In this document: positions 46,836-60,663 of the stretch, in pieces | Position numbering within the stretch: the stretch's first letter is position 1 | How the letters are laid out: every line of letters begins with the position of its first letter | Source: Octopus vulgaris | Taxonomy: Eukaryota | DNA: 64,000 nucleotides | NCBI GenBank assembly: GCA_951406725.2 | Contig: OX597835.1 | Location: 31,620,001-31,684,000 of the forward strand | Reading direction: 5' to 3' | Program-made: the position numbers and the translations under genes | The notes under the pieces: generated by a model | Seen by the model: the letters and a program-made list of their open reading frames with translations, nothing else | Told to the model about the DNA's origin: nothing | Database searches by the model: none

Positions 46836-47345
46836 GTTTCTTTATTGGCCACACAGAGCTGCACACAGATGGGACAAATTACAAGGTAGAGCTTTTCTTT
46901 TGGGGGATGGAAAAAACAAAAAACAAAAGAAACAAAAAAAGGTGGCGTAGGTTTTCGATCAAAAGGGATCAAAAGGAAAAAAAAGAACAAAAAATTAAAA
47001 AATTAAAAAAAGAAGAAAAGGAAAAGGAACAAAAGAAAAGAGAAATGAACAAAAGAAGAAAAAAGGGGGGAAAAGGGGAAGAGGAAAAAACCCTCAATAG
47101 GGATCGTGTATCACAGTGTTATGATGTATGGTGTAAAGGGGAAATCAAGTAAGGTTTATCTGTGAGAAGAAAAGCCTACGAAAAAGACCACGGTAACCTT
47201 GGTCAATATTGTTATATGTTACCACATTTGTTTGCAAGTGGGTAACCCTCTGTTTTCAATTTCTGGGTTCATAGGATTATGCTCAAGGTGGCTTCGTCAT
47301 TCATGCGTGCCATCCTTGCTACAGTCACCCATCTTTTTTTAAAAC

Positions 47346-47347
<2 letters not shown>
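46836..47347 (-). mobile_element. Second, shorter copy of the same Tx1-like 3' end in (GATA)n
   Basis: Collinear with 45746-46187. Confidence 0.8.
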
Positions 47348-47397
<50 letters not shown>

Positions 47398-47814
47398 ATA
47401 GATAGATGGACGGGTAGATAGATGGATGGATAGATAGGTAGATAGATAGTTAGATGGATAGATAGATTGATAGATTGATAGATAGATAAATGGATGGATG
47501 GATAGATAGATGGATAGACAGATAGATAGATGGATAGATATATATATATAGATAGATAGATAGATAGATGGATAGATAGCTAGATGGATGGATAGATAGA
47601 TAGATAGATAGATAGATAGACAGATAGAGAGAGAGAGAGAGAGAGATGGATAGATAGATAGATGGATAGATAGATAGATAGATACATACATACATACATA
47701 CATACATACATAGATACATACATACATACATACATACATACATACATACATGCATGCATGCATACATACATACATACATACATACATACATACATACATA
47801 CATACATACATACA

Positions 47815-47845
<31 letters not shown>
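47347..47845. repeat. (GATA)n/(CATA)n compound microsatellite
   Basis: Direct reading. Confidence 0.95.
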
Positions 47846-47859
47846 GTATGTGTGCACAC

Positions 47860-48225
47860 ATTCCTACATTCCCATCAAAAGATCTCTCAAGTGTAAGCGT
47901 AACAGGTTGGATATTGTTGTTCGCAAGAGAAAAGAAATTGCATGTTCCGTCATGGAGGTGAATATTTCTTTGAAAATCAAAGACCGAGGATAACTATAGA
48001 CAACTGCTTTGAAATCTCCAGCCTTTATATCCGGATTCCAGATTTACATTGATACCAAAAATACTTGGAGCACTTGGTTTTGACGTAAATATCCATCAGC
48101 CATTTTGAATAAGCTAGGATTTTCAGAAAAAGAAATGAACCTACTGATTCGCACATTACAATTACAATACGTAAGCGGAACAATAAAACTATGCAAGACC
48201 TCTCTCGGGTTTAAAATGTGACATT
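47860..48225 (+). mobile_element. R4/Dong-like LINE relic (restriction-like endonuclease C-terminus)
   Basis: NRLDIVV..CSVMEV..NISLKIK..NYRQLL..LYP..FTLIPKILGALG across a frameshift; resembles the NRPD..IPIVIGALG RLE motif. Confidence 0.55.
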
Positions 48226-48606
48226 GTTTTTGTTAGCTACATTCGATCGTTGGAGCTTTGTATCTTTGTTAAAAACTAGCTCCTTCTTCAGAGGAATAAT
48301 TGAAATGATTAAAAGCAGAATAGAACATACATGCATGTCTAGGTGTGTGAATTGTGTGATGTGTGTATGTGTGGAGAGAGAAAGAAAGAGGTCGTGAGTC
48401 AGTGGAGAAGAGAGAAGTGAAGGAAGACAAACAGAGAGAGAAGGAGAGTGAGGAAGGGGATATAATTTTCGTAGGAACGTGAAACGAGGTCATGTGAAGA
48501 CCTTAAAATCAAGCATCGGATGAAGGGATGGATATTCCCATGCACATTACCCGGAGAAGTCAAAAGTGCCCCTATTATATTGTACAGGTCGATGGTATAA
48601 CGGAAA

Positions 48607-48832
48607 AGGCGTCGAGCTGGCAGAATCGTTAGCACGTCGGGCGAAATGCGCAGCCGTATTTCGTCAGCCGTTGCGTTCAAATTCTACCGAGGTCGACTTT
48701 GCCTTTCATCCTTTAGGGGTCGATAAATTAAGGACCATTTACGCACTGGGGTCGATGTAATCGACTTAATCCGTTTGTCTGTCCGTGTTTGTCCCCTCTG
48801 TGTTTAGCCCCTTGTGGGTAGTAAAGAAATAG
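48607..48832 (+). mobile_element. SINE family A
   Basis: Matches consensus; TSD ggtataa(c/t)ggaaaa. Confidence 0.88.
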
Positions 48833-49656
48833 GTATAATGGAAAAGTTCAACATAAATGACAAAACCATGGAATGTGTTCCAAACAAGAGTTTTTCGCCC
48901 TCCAAATTCGCAATGTTAGATAATTATGAATACAGGAGGATCAGTTGGTTATAGTTTTTTTCATCGTATTCCCCTTTTTGATTCACAGACGTAATACAGC
49001 GGTCCATCAATTTTTCTCAGGCCTCTAAAAGAACTCGGAAGTTTAGGGCTCGAACCAGACCTTTCGCGATACCCTTAAAGCGAGGAACTTTCCATCACCT
49101 CCACGTATACACACCATAATCTAAGCACATTGTTTTTCCTCTGCATGCTTTGTACGTGAATCGTATTGCCTAGCAGTTAGGATGTTGCACTCACAATCAC
49201 AAAAACGGGGTTTCGATTCCCAGACTGGGTAGTGCGTTCTGTTCTTGAACAAAACACTTCAATACATGTCGCTTTCTAGCAGTCCACCCACCTGTAAATT
49301 AGTAACCCCGCGACAAACTAGCGTCGCTTTCACGGAAAATGTTATTGCTGTTACGTATACTCCATGGATACCGGATCATCGATCTTACTAATTCTAGTGT
49401 ACACGAGAAGGCATTTAATTTTACAGCTTCTTGCATGTGTGTGAGAACAAAAAGTCATCAGCGGAAAATTGTATTGCATCGCGGGTAAGATACTACGCAA
49501 ATAGTTATGGTGACATCCTTCGGTGCAGATGTGTCTCGTCTGATGACTTTTCAATAACTACTTTTAAATAACTACATACATACGCACACACATATACATA
49601 CGTATTTATGTACGCTTTTATATATTTATGTATATGTATACGTGTAAATATATGAA

Positions 49657-49701
<45 letters not shown>

Positions 49702-49844
49702 TAGTTATCGCCATACTAATATGGCATTCTTATAAAAATAAGCTCCATGAGGCCACCGCCTTAAGTTAGCTATTTGATACACAAACTGTACCCATATAAC
49801 CTTCGAACAAGGGAGGTCAGTCGCTCCACACTACTTGACCGGCA

Positions 49845-49886
49845 GCTACAGACGCGTTTCGGGGTATTGCCCCTTTTCAATGCAGC
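49845..49886 (-). ncRNA. Identical hammerhead copy on the minus strand
   Basis: Exact reverse complement of 50215-50256. Confidence 0.8.
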
Positions 49887-50214
49887 GTAGCCAGCCAGTA
49901 GGTGTCGCTTCCGACAATCTCTGTTCGATGGTTTTATTTACCTAGTTTCGGTGGAATACATCCACTTGTTTTCAATAATAGAAATATTAAAATAACTAAG
50001 TCTCTCTAAAGAGAACAGCGGCGTTCCCGAAAATAATAGTTATCGCCATACTAATATGGCATTCTTATAAAAATAAGAAAAAAGCTGTCCGCTTATTAGC
50101 TCCATGAAAACAAGTGGATGCATTATTGAAAACAAGTGGATGTATTCCACCGAAACTAGGTAAATAAAACCATCGAACAGAGATTGTCGGAAGCGACACC
50201 TACTGGCTGGCTAC

Positions 50215-50256
50215 GCTGCATTGAAAAGGGGCAATACCCCGAAACGCGTCTGTAGC
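50215..50256 (+). ncRNA. Minimal type I hammerhead ribozyme, U3-A8 core variant
   Basis: gctgca-TTGAAAA-GGGG caata CCCC-GAAA-CGCG-TC-tgtagc: stems I and II pair, stem III is palindromic, GUC cleavage triplet. Confidence 0.8.
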
Positions 50257-50482
50257 TGCCGGTCAAGTAGTGTGGAGCGACTGACCTCCCTTGTTCGAAG
50301 GTTATATGGATACAGTTTGTGTATCAAATAGCTAACTTAAGGCGGTGGCCTCATGGAGCTAATAAGCGGACAGCTTTTTTCTTATTTTTATAAGAATGCC
50401 ATATTAGTATGGCGATAACTATTATTTTCCGGGAACGCTGCCGCTGTTCTCTTTTAGAGAGACTTAGTTATTTTAATATTTC

Positions 50483-50521
<39 letters not shown>

Positions 50522-51206
50522 TACATATGTATGTATGTATGTGCGTGTGTATACCTGTGTCTGTGGAGAGAGAAAGAAAGCATTATGAAAAGGAAACTTT
50601 GTTTAGATAGCAATAAAATAAAATATAACCGTGCTGAAGATTAATTGTCATTTCCCATGGGTAACACCTATGTATATTGTACATCGTCCAAATGCTACTA
50701 ATGGCAGCTCATCGAATTTTGTAAAGTCATAAATGCATATACATCGACAGTGTGAAAAACGAGAGATGCCGGAAAATATATACTGAGAAACAAAGCGGAC
50801 AGAACAGAAAGACAGAGAGGGAGAGAGGAAGAGAGTCAGAAAGGGGAAATAAGAAAAGAGAGATAAAAATATGGGTACTTTCTCCACATTCGAATATTAT
50901 GCATTGTTAACAACATTCTAGATAGATTTTTTACATTTGTTTTAATTCATGCAGTTAATCAAAATCAATAATTGATTTAAAATATCTTCCACTCCATTAA
51001 AACATCAGATAATGCTTCAGAGCATTTTTAGGAAACATATTCAATATACATTAGTCTAAAACTAAAATTTAGGAAAAGTATATGCATACATGTATACGCT
51101 CATAAACATACATGAATATATACACATATACACATGTACTCATACGTGCACATGCGCACAGACACATACACACACATATAATTATAAATAAGGACAAAAA
51201 AATTTC

Positions 51207-51618
51207 GGATCTATTCGGTTTGAACGGCAGTTTTTTCTAGCGATGTCATATGAAATTGTCACCCATAATTATGACCCTAGTATCGATCTATTTCATTTCA
51301 ATCTGTTTTAGGGTTAAGGGTGGGGGGAAAGGTATCTTCTTTTCTTCAGAAATGTAAATAAATCCAGTCTGTTTCTTAAACGAGGGACGTATTCATACGG
51401 CACAGAATGTTTTCACCTTAATAGACGTCGTTGATTGGTTGAAATTGCAGAAATTGAAGACAAAAAAACAACAAATATTTTACAAACTATAGAATTTTCT
51501 CAATAAAGCCAAGAGAAAAATATGTTTTATAAACACATTCTACTAGTATACGAAGTTTAAAAGTATTTAGTTACGTGGAAATTATTTTAAAAAACTGCCG
51601 TCCAAACCGAAAAGATCC
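51207..51618 (-). mobile_element. Same MITE family, reverse orientation
   Basis: TIRs; flanking aaatttc duplicated. Confidence 0.9.
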
Positions 51619-51769
51619 AAATTTCTATGTTAACGTTCTGAAAACACTTTAGATTGTCTAACCACATACAATATTTTTCACTATAAATACACAGCGTGTT
51701 GAAAGGTATTCCTCGTTGACGAAAGAAGAATCCTCTTTGATTAATCTTTTATTTATCCCTCATATATAC

Positions 51770-52085
51770 TATTTTACTCTTTTACTTGTTTCAGTCATTT
51801 GACTGCGGCCATGGTGGAGCACCGCCTTTAGTCGAGCAAATCGAACCTAGGACTTATTCTTTGTAAGCCTAGTACTTATTCTGTCGGACTCTTTTGCCGA
51901 ACCGCTAAGTTACGGGGACCTAAACACACCAGCATAGGTTGTCAAGCGATGTTGGGGGGACAAACACACATACACAACATATACACACACATACATATAT
52001 ATACATATATACAATGGACGTCTTTCAGTTTCCATCTACCAAATCCACTCATAAGGCTTTGGTCGACCCGAGGCTATAGCAGAAA
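51770..52085 (-). mobile_element. SINE family B, 5'-truncated
   Basis: Matches family. Confidence 0.8.
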
Positions 52086-52379
52086 CACAGCGATGGATAT
52101 GTTATTCGCGAAGGCAGTATTAGGTAGTGCTAAGGAGTTGAAGTGGAGCTAGGAAAATATGGTGAAATAATTGATGTTGGGGTGGCTATAAGAGAGAATG
52201 TGCAAATGTAATCTTAAGAAGGAATATTTAGTATAAAATGTAGTATTGGTAGAAGGGATAGGTTGCAACTACGACCAGGTTGTAACCTAAGGTAAATTGT
52301 AATTAGGGAATTACTTAGATTTAACAAAATAGGCAAAGTAGAATCTGTGCTAACATGAAGGGATTACATCTGAAAATCT

Positions 52380-52740
52380 ATAATGTAATGAGGAGTTGCG
52401 ATTGCAAAGAATGGTGAGCGATTCCCTCAAACAATTTACCAACGCCGAGGTTAGTGTTGCACGGGGGAAACTTACTGGCGACGGACCAGGATAGGGTGTA
52501 GGGAATGCTTTGCGATTTGAGGTTGTGTATATAAGTTGCTAAAGAGGTAAATCATTTAGATGTTTAAATTGGAGAAAAAATTCATGTGTGCTCGGTAGCG
52601 GCGCTTGAAATCAACAGTGCCGCCTATGCAGACTCTTGCTTGGTGGGAGCGTGCTGTTACTACTCAGCATTTGTAGACTATATTTTTGCATAGACTTCAT
52701 TGCTAAGACGGCCAGATTCGAGTGATCTGATACAAGCGAA
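52380..52740 (-). pseudogene. Degenerate PLE GIY-YIG endonuclease relic (absent from the ORF track)
   Basis: Manual minus-strand translation gives IGGTVDFKRRYRAHMNF and SLATYIHNLKSQSIPYTLSWSVASK, matching the two other GIY-YIG domains in the window. Confidence 0.7.
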
Positions 52741-53279
52741 GAAGAGCGGGAGATATCAGTAACAAAGTTTGATTGAGAGTCGCGTGTCACTGATGATATA
52801 TATATATGTGGTTATATCGGTAGCATTACGGTCAGTCGCTTTAAGGTTGGTAGAACTGAATTAGGTGGGATACCTAAGGGTTGTATTATTGCAACTAAGT
52901 GGGGTTGGGGTTGGTTTTAGTTGGAAAGATCCTAGGGGCGAAAGATAGGAGATTAAGTTTGCGTCCATTTGAGGAGGCAGTTATCGTTTCCTTCTCATTA
53001 TTTACATGTTTATAAAATATTTTTCATATCATTCGTTTATTGGCCTCATATTTTCCATACCTGCCCACCTGGATTCCTGTTATAACCACTCTTTACCCTG
53101 TGGATGTGGTCCTCGTTAACGGTCTCGGAGTGTAAGTTCAAACCAGTTGAGCGCTCTTTTCTATATTGAGAATCACTGTATCTCATTTAATGACTCTCTC
53201 TCTCACTCTCTTGTTTATATATATATATATATACATACACACACATATATATATATATATACATATATATCTAAGAGAT

Positions 53280-53453
53280 TTTACGAAAAAAACAAAAGAC
53301 GAAGACAGGTGATGTACAAAACAAACAGATGTATTAGTATAACGCTCAGGAATAGAAAAAGTCTTATACGTTTCGAGCCTACGCTCTTTTACAGAAAGGG
53401 ACTGAAAAAACAAGGAAAGAAAATGTGTGCAGTCGCTAACGATCTATCATCGT

Positions 53454-53455
<2 letters not shown>
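53280..53455 (-). mobile_element. pLTR remnant with decayed hammerhead; same family as the 14.0 kb copy
   Basis: Minus strand CTGTAAA-a-GAGC gtag GCTC-GAAA-CG-TA; flanks resemble 13980-14100. Confidence 0.55.
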
Positions 53456-53509
<54 letters not shown>

Positions 53510-54194
53510 CACTCGTACATATATGCATACATGCATACATACATTTATACGTTCACAAATGCATGCATGCATATATATATGCATCCACACAGGTATACAC
53601 ACAAGCATTTACATACATAAATATATGTATCCATCAATAAAAGAAATGCTTTGAAATTACGAAATTATTTTCTCTTTCTTAAATTCCATTTATTGACAAA
53701 CAATTTGTCAATGAATCCAGGATGATTTTAGTCGATATTTATTTAGGAAGAAAATATTCGGATATCAATGTACCTATCAAATATTTTCATAAAATTTCAG
53801 GTACGACTGAAATGTTTACAGCTATTCTTGCAATACACATCTCTTCAAATATTTGTCTATCAATATCTGAGATAATTTCTACAGCAGAATTCTGAAAATT
53901 TGAATCGCTTCCTGTTATTGTGCAGTACCTTGTGCGAGAGTTATTTATATGTGTGTGTGTTCACGCGCGCCTGTGTGTATTTATACGTGTGTGCGAATTT
54001 GTGCATATGTGAATGTTTGTGATGAATGAGGAAAAACAAGAAAAATTACAAAGAACAAATTTTAAGAGTCGTGTTATTAGTATAACATTTGAAAGTAAAC
54101 GTTTCGTGCGTTAGTCCTTCATCAGAAATATACACACACATATACATATACAATACATACATATATCTGCACACATATTAATAAGTACATGCAC

Positions 54195-54260
<66 letters not shown>

Positions 54261-54322
54261 AGATAATATATGCATTCATGTACGTATACACATATATCTA
54301 TCTCACTCTCTCTGTCTCTGTA

Positions 54323-54357
<35 letters not shown>

Positions 54358-54496
54358 GTATATAATATATTTAATAAGTATAATGTAAATTTTTATACGC
54401 TACTATAAGTTTCATGTAGTGAGATCATGCCAAGTACTATCTTTAACACGTCTATCATCCTAGCACAATCGTCAGGTATTGCCCACATGACATAAC

Positions 54497-54550
<54 letters not shown>

Positions 54551-54551
<1 letters not shown>

Positions 54552-55046
54552 TAGCAGTATCGCCCGGCGTTGCTCGGGTTTGTAAGGGAAATAACTATAT
54601 AAGTATTTTTAGAGAGTTACTTCCCTTACAGATGCCAATTCGGGCTTTCTTAGCCATTTCTGTTTTGGTGTCTTCAAGCCATGAAGTCGTTGTTCTCAAA
54701 GAACGCTGGTCTCCTTGACAACGCTTTACGACGTTGATTTCCTTACACTCCCTTCCCCACAGCTTCACGAGGGAGGGAAGAAGGGGGAGAAGCAAACAGG
54801 TGCAGGTGTGACCATGGACGCCAACTCCGCCGCCATCGACATACGAAAAATTATGCATTAAAATGGAATAAAAAATGATGTTAAATTATTTTAAAAATCG
54901 TAGACTCATCGTAGATGCGCGCTAATACTCAGACGGGCTCGATATGAATCCCGACTATAAGATACCAGAATTTGGTTAAACTGCACCGCAAAATGTGGGA
55001 GTAGTTAGGAATCTAAATCGAAGGGGACAGACACTCACACAACTAC

Positions 55047-55100
<54 letters not shown>
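54551..55100 (-). mobile_element. Non-autonomous Helitron
   Basis: Minus 3' end has hairpin cccgagc-aac-gccggg then CTAG followed by T; 5' end tc(ta)n-aaattgtagttgtgtgagtgtctgtc; no TIR or TSD. Confidence 0.7.
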
Positions 55101-55125
<25 letters not shown>

Positions 55126-55991
55126 GGGAGAAAGAGAGAGAGAGAGATGATGGGGAGAAAGAGGGAAAGAGAAAGAGAGAGAGATGATATATATGTGTAG
55201 ACATACATACACACACAACAAACACGCACATAGATATATACCATTAAGTCATCGATTAATTAAAATCTTTTTACAAATATTTATAACCTGGAGAAAATGC
55301 ATGAACGCCGAATAATTCTATTCTGTAATCTCTATAAATAGGAACACTTCTATCCCTCTGAATACTCAAACATCATTTCACGTTTATATTTTGATATTTC
55401 CTTATCTCCTAAAATTCTATTTCCGAAACGAAATCATATGATAAACAGGTCAGTGGTCCCGGCGAAATGATAGAAATTTTTCATAGGTTTCTTATGTTTC
55501 AATCCCTTCTTGAATTAAATTCCAATTTTCAATGATAATCCGCTTGTCTTCTCTCTTTTATTGCGTCTCCTTGCGACGAATTATGCAGAGGTTTCTACTT
55601 ATGACAATAAAATATTGGCGTTTTTGTACGAGAAAAAACTTAAAAGTCTTGAAGTGGCAATTATCGTTTGTTGGAATCTCGTAGAAGATTATGGTTATCA
55701 TTCAAATCAGGATGTCACACTAAGCCGCGAAAAAGAAATCACAGAAAGTTCAAGAAAACAACACACTTCCAGCATTAAATGGAAACAGTTACATGTAAAC
55801 ACGTATACTTCGCAATTGGTTTCGTTACACGAGTGCATCTATGTGTATTTGTATATATATATATATATATGTACACGCATACACGTACCCATATGTGCCA
55901 TATACGACTATATATATAAGTATGCATACATAAATGCATATATTTGTGTGTGCATGTGTATTTATATATGCATGTATATATATATGTATGT

Positions 55992-56042
<51 letters not shown>

Positions 56043-56554
56043 TTTATGTATGTATATTATGCACATATATTCAAATACATCTGAATAAACACAAATATGT
56101 ATTGAATATCTAAAAGTGTGTACGTGTGTGTGTGTGTGTGTACATATGTATGCATTTTCATCGATTTTTTTTGCACGTGATATCCGTTTAAAGAACAAAA
56201 TTCTCCTGTAGAATTAATTATTAGTTCGAAATAATGGATATACACCTGAAATGTCTAATCTGTAGCAAGATTGAATTTTTTTTATAATGGACAGCTTTAA
56301 TTCCTCGTAGAAAAAGCCATCAGAAACATTAATTAAAATAACAACGGAAGTAACAGCAATAATGACTTAGAATTAATAGCGTAACTAAAATAGATGTTGG
56401 TCCGATGTTTAACCCTTGCATTAACGTTCTTAGGTGATGTCTATCGAATTCTACGAGCACAAATACATACACATACGCATACACATATCGGTGTGAATTC
56501 ACATATATTGGTGTACGTTTCTAAACCTGTACACAAGCATCACCTATCTATCTT

Positions 56555-56625
<71 letters not shown>

Positions 56626-56663
56626 GTTTGTCTGTCTGTTTGTCTGTTTGTCTGTCTGTTTGC

Positions 56664-56747
<84 letters not shown>

Positions 56748-56774
56748 GTGTGTGTGTGTGTGTGTATTTATATT

Positions 56775-56811
<37 letters not shown>

Positions 56812-56830
56812 GTGTGTGTGTGTGTGTGTG

Positions 56831-56879
<49 letters not shown>

Positions 56880-56973
56880 TGGAGTAAACACATAAATGTG
56901 AAACAAGGTGGAAAAATGAGTACTCAAATACCAGGCGTAGAGTAATATGCTAGAGTAAGAGAGTTAATTTGTT

Positions 56974-57026
56974 AACAAAACTGTCCGACGAACGGGAACG
57001 TGAAACTCTGAGTAACAGGTTTTGTT
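56974..57026 (+). ncRNA. Minimal type I hammerhead ribozyme, C4 core variant, in a pLTR remnant
   Basis: aacaaaactgt-CCGACGA-ACG ggaa CGT-GAAA-CTC t GAG-TA-acaggttttgtt. Confidence 0.7.
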
Positions 57027-57061
57027 GAATTTCTGCTGCTTTTAAATAAAGTATATATATT

Positions 57062-58169
57062 GTTATGAGTTTGGCTAAGTGCAGTTTCTTGGTGACCCAT
57101 TTTGGGTGTGGTGCCGGCATGTCTGGAAGAAAAGTGACAGTCCTTTGTTTAATGGGAGATTAATGGGACCTTGTGACTCCGTGCGGGTGAATTAGGGGTC
57201 GTTCTAGACACCCCTTAGATATGTGAGGAAGAATCTAGCAGTAGTAAGAAAAAGATAGAGTAAGGAATCTAAGAGCAGATGGAGAGGGTATTGGCAGTAA
57301 GAGAGGACGAGGGGCAGAGAGAAGAAAAGTAGTGAGAGAGATAGAGTATAAGGCTAAGGGACAGATTGAGGCGATAGAGATAGGCAGTAAGGGAGCAGGG
57401 CAGTTAGAGAGGAAGTGAGGTCTGGGCAGTTGGGAGTCGGTCGTCAGAGAACACAGTCGGATTCTTGGAAGTCGGCAAGGAGTTGGAATTTTAGGAGCAG
57501 GCTGGGATGCGAGAGAACTTGGCGGCACAGGGGGGAATATGTACAGAGGAATTAGCGGTACGGAGAGATGAGTGCAGAATGGGACACTGGCGATTCAGTT
57601 AGGAATTAAGGTATGTGATTGTGCATTGATACGTGTCACGGTGTATTGAACAGTGAAAAGAACAGTCAAGGACTTGTCGATATGTCGATTATCGAGTTGT
57701 GGTATTTATGTTCAGAATTGTGTTGATATGTGTAGAAAAAGAATATAAAGAACTGTGAACGTTATCTATTTGGAAAAAGAACTGTGTCTTCGGACGTGTA
57801 CCTGTGAAATACTGTATATGACTTGTTGTGTCTCCGGACTGATATATTGTTACATGCATGTTGTTAAATGCTTTGATCTGTGGTATACCCGTATGATGTA
57901 TTGATTTGTTGTTTGCCTTAAATGCTTTGATGTTGTAACCATTGATTGTCATATAAACTGTTGTTAAATGGAAGCTAGTGTTGCCGTTTTGCCTTGCTCT
58001 TTTGGTGTCTCGTTCGGTTGTGCCTCTGTATCTCTCTGTGTTGCTGCCGTTGTTATTGCAGTGTCTCTCCTCTCCTCTCTCCGACGAGTTTCCGTGGCGA
58101 GAATATTCGCTGATCGAGTCGGGCCTGTCTGAGGGATTCCGTACAGTTTTCGGAGGTCCCCTCGTAATA
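57062..58169. mobile_element. Probable solo LTR
   Basis: Starts tgttatgag and ends ctcgtaata (imperfect short inverted termini); ~1.1 kb, non-coding, composition distinct from flanks, inserted in (TA)n. Confidence 0.45.
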
Positions 58170-58173
58170 TATA

Positions 58174-58229
<56 letters not shown>

Positions 58230-59231
58230 GCCTGTAATATAATATATGCCTGTATGTGTATGTACGTATATATATGCACACATTATGCATATATACATTT
58301 GAATACTTCGTCACATATATGTATATAAATATATATGGTGTGGACGTATATGTATATGTTTAAATGTACGTTTATAATGAATCCATAATTGGTCGACACA
58401 GATTATTGTCAAGCAAACCACTTATTGGCGAGACAAAATTACGCAATGGAGACGGTAACATAATCCATTACCCATGCGCAGAAGGAATCGGTGAAGTATA
58501 ACCCTGGCTTTTAGATAAACCACTAATCCAAAGTTATTGTAATATATTAATGAAGGATAGAACTGCAAGTGTGGAGTAAAAGAATAAGGAAAAAACGAAC
58601 GGATTACATAATGGCTACAGCTGTTTAATTAAGACGTTTTAATTTGACATAAACATTATATAATCATTTATATTACGCAATAGCTTATGTAAATTTCACA
58701 TTCATCAGGCAACCAAGTAAAACAGGTGAAGAACGACTTGTTTCATTGTGTAATCAACAAATGAATTTTTAAATCACTATGAACGTGAATCGGTGGATAT
58801 GGGGATAATTCCGAAGGGTCTCAGGAATAAAGTTACACGGCAGGGTGGGTTGTTCGGAGGCTAGGGATTCACTCCATATCTACACTATACTTTTCCCCAT
58901 TGAGACCGTACAGCTCATGTGCAATGGAAAAGTTATTAGAATGCCGGGGTAAGTGATCGCAAGAAGACTTTGCATGATGCGTCAAATGGAAAGAGAACTG
59001 GGGTAGAACCAAAATGGAATGGTTGCATAAGATCTGTGGTTTCAGTTCGTCATGCTTGATAATCTACCTGGAAATTATAATGACGGTTGTTTCTGATATC
59101 ACCGTATGGGAGAGATACCTGACGAGTCTACCCCATCATCTATACCGTCACAGTTTTCAGGGTTTCATCGCACGAAAAATACGTTCATATTTAATGAAAC
59201 CATTCAATATTTCATAAACTAGAAATGCAAA

Positions 59232-59291
<60 letters not shown>

Positions 59292-59363
59292 TTATGTATT
59301 TATGTGTATGTATTAGTATATATATACATACATACATACATATATATGCATATATATATATAT

Positions 59364-59514
<151 letters not shown>

Positions 59515-59930
59515 TACTTGATTATTAGTGACGTGCATGGAATGTTTCTGCTTTAACGCACTGGAATCTTTTAAAAGCAAACCAAACTCAATCCGTGCAG
59601 AAATTTTTAAAGAGGAAGTCACGAAGAAAGGAGAAAGTAGGAAACAAGAAAAGAAAATAGGTAAAAAAAGGGGTAAACAAATGACGAAATGTAGGTAAGG
59701 GGAGAGAAGAACTAATTATCCCACTTCTTTGACATCCCATACAGAATATGTGTGGTGTGTCTTTTTTTTCATTATTTTTTCTTTTAATTAATTGTTTTCA
59801 TCCCGTTTTTATCAAAACTATTCATACAGCGCTACACAGATCTAAATGACTTGCTATTGAAATGTCCATAAAAACGGAAACATATGTAAATTTGCAAGCT
59901 TGTCATTAACAAAATCCTTTTAAGTGCAAG

Positions 59931-59978
<48 letters not shown>

Positions 59979-60115
59979 AGTGTGTTCGTTTGTGTGTGCG
60001 TGAGTCTGCGTGCGTTTGTGTGTATGTGTGTGAGTGTGTGTGTGAGTGTGTGTGCACATATACATATATATCTATAAATATTATATACAAATATATCTAT
60101 GTATAAACAAACATG

Positions 60116-60151
<36 letters not shown>

Positions 60152-60225
60152 TGTATATATATATATGTAAATGCATATATATATATATATGTATATACAT
60201 ATGCATATATATATATATACATATG

Positions 60226-60307
<82 letters not shown>

Positions 60308-60622
60308 TTGTCTGCGGAGAATCATTCTCTTTTAGTGCCTTATAATTTATTACACTCACCGACAAAATTTCCACTCATTTCCTTCTTTATATTTCTAACA
60401 TTTTCCCAGCCATTTCAGTTGTTGTTGAGAGTCAACATCTACCGAAAAACTTGCAAGACGCAACGAAAACTTGAGAAAAAAATTGAAGGAAATAATTGGA
60501 AATTTTACTGGTGATTATGTTAAATTATAAAGCACTAAAAGAGAATGACTCTCCCAAGACACAACAGTATATGCTTCAACACACGAACTGGCATATATAA
60601 TCTTGCAAGCCAAATCCCCAAA

Positions 60623-60663
<41 letters not shown>

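Larger units (their letters stand above)
49697..50488. mobile_element. ORF-less hammerhead-carrying element (retrozyme / pLTR-only PLE derivative), ~360-nt unit in inverted arrangement
   Basis: Near-identical inverted copies; head-to-tail junction on the minus arm; inserted in (TA)n. Confidence 0.75.

Noticed and set aside
55561-55800. Possible host exon (also 33655-33786)
   Set aside because: No recognisable domain, the 55.6 kb frame runs into microsatellite, and splice context alone is insufficient
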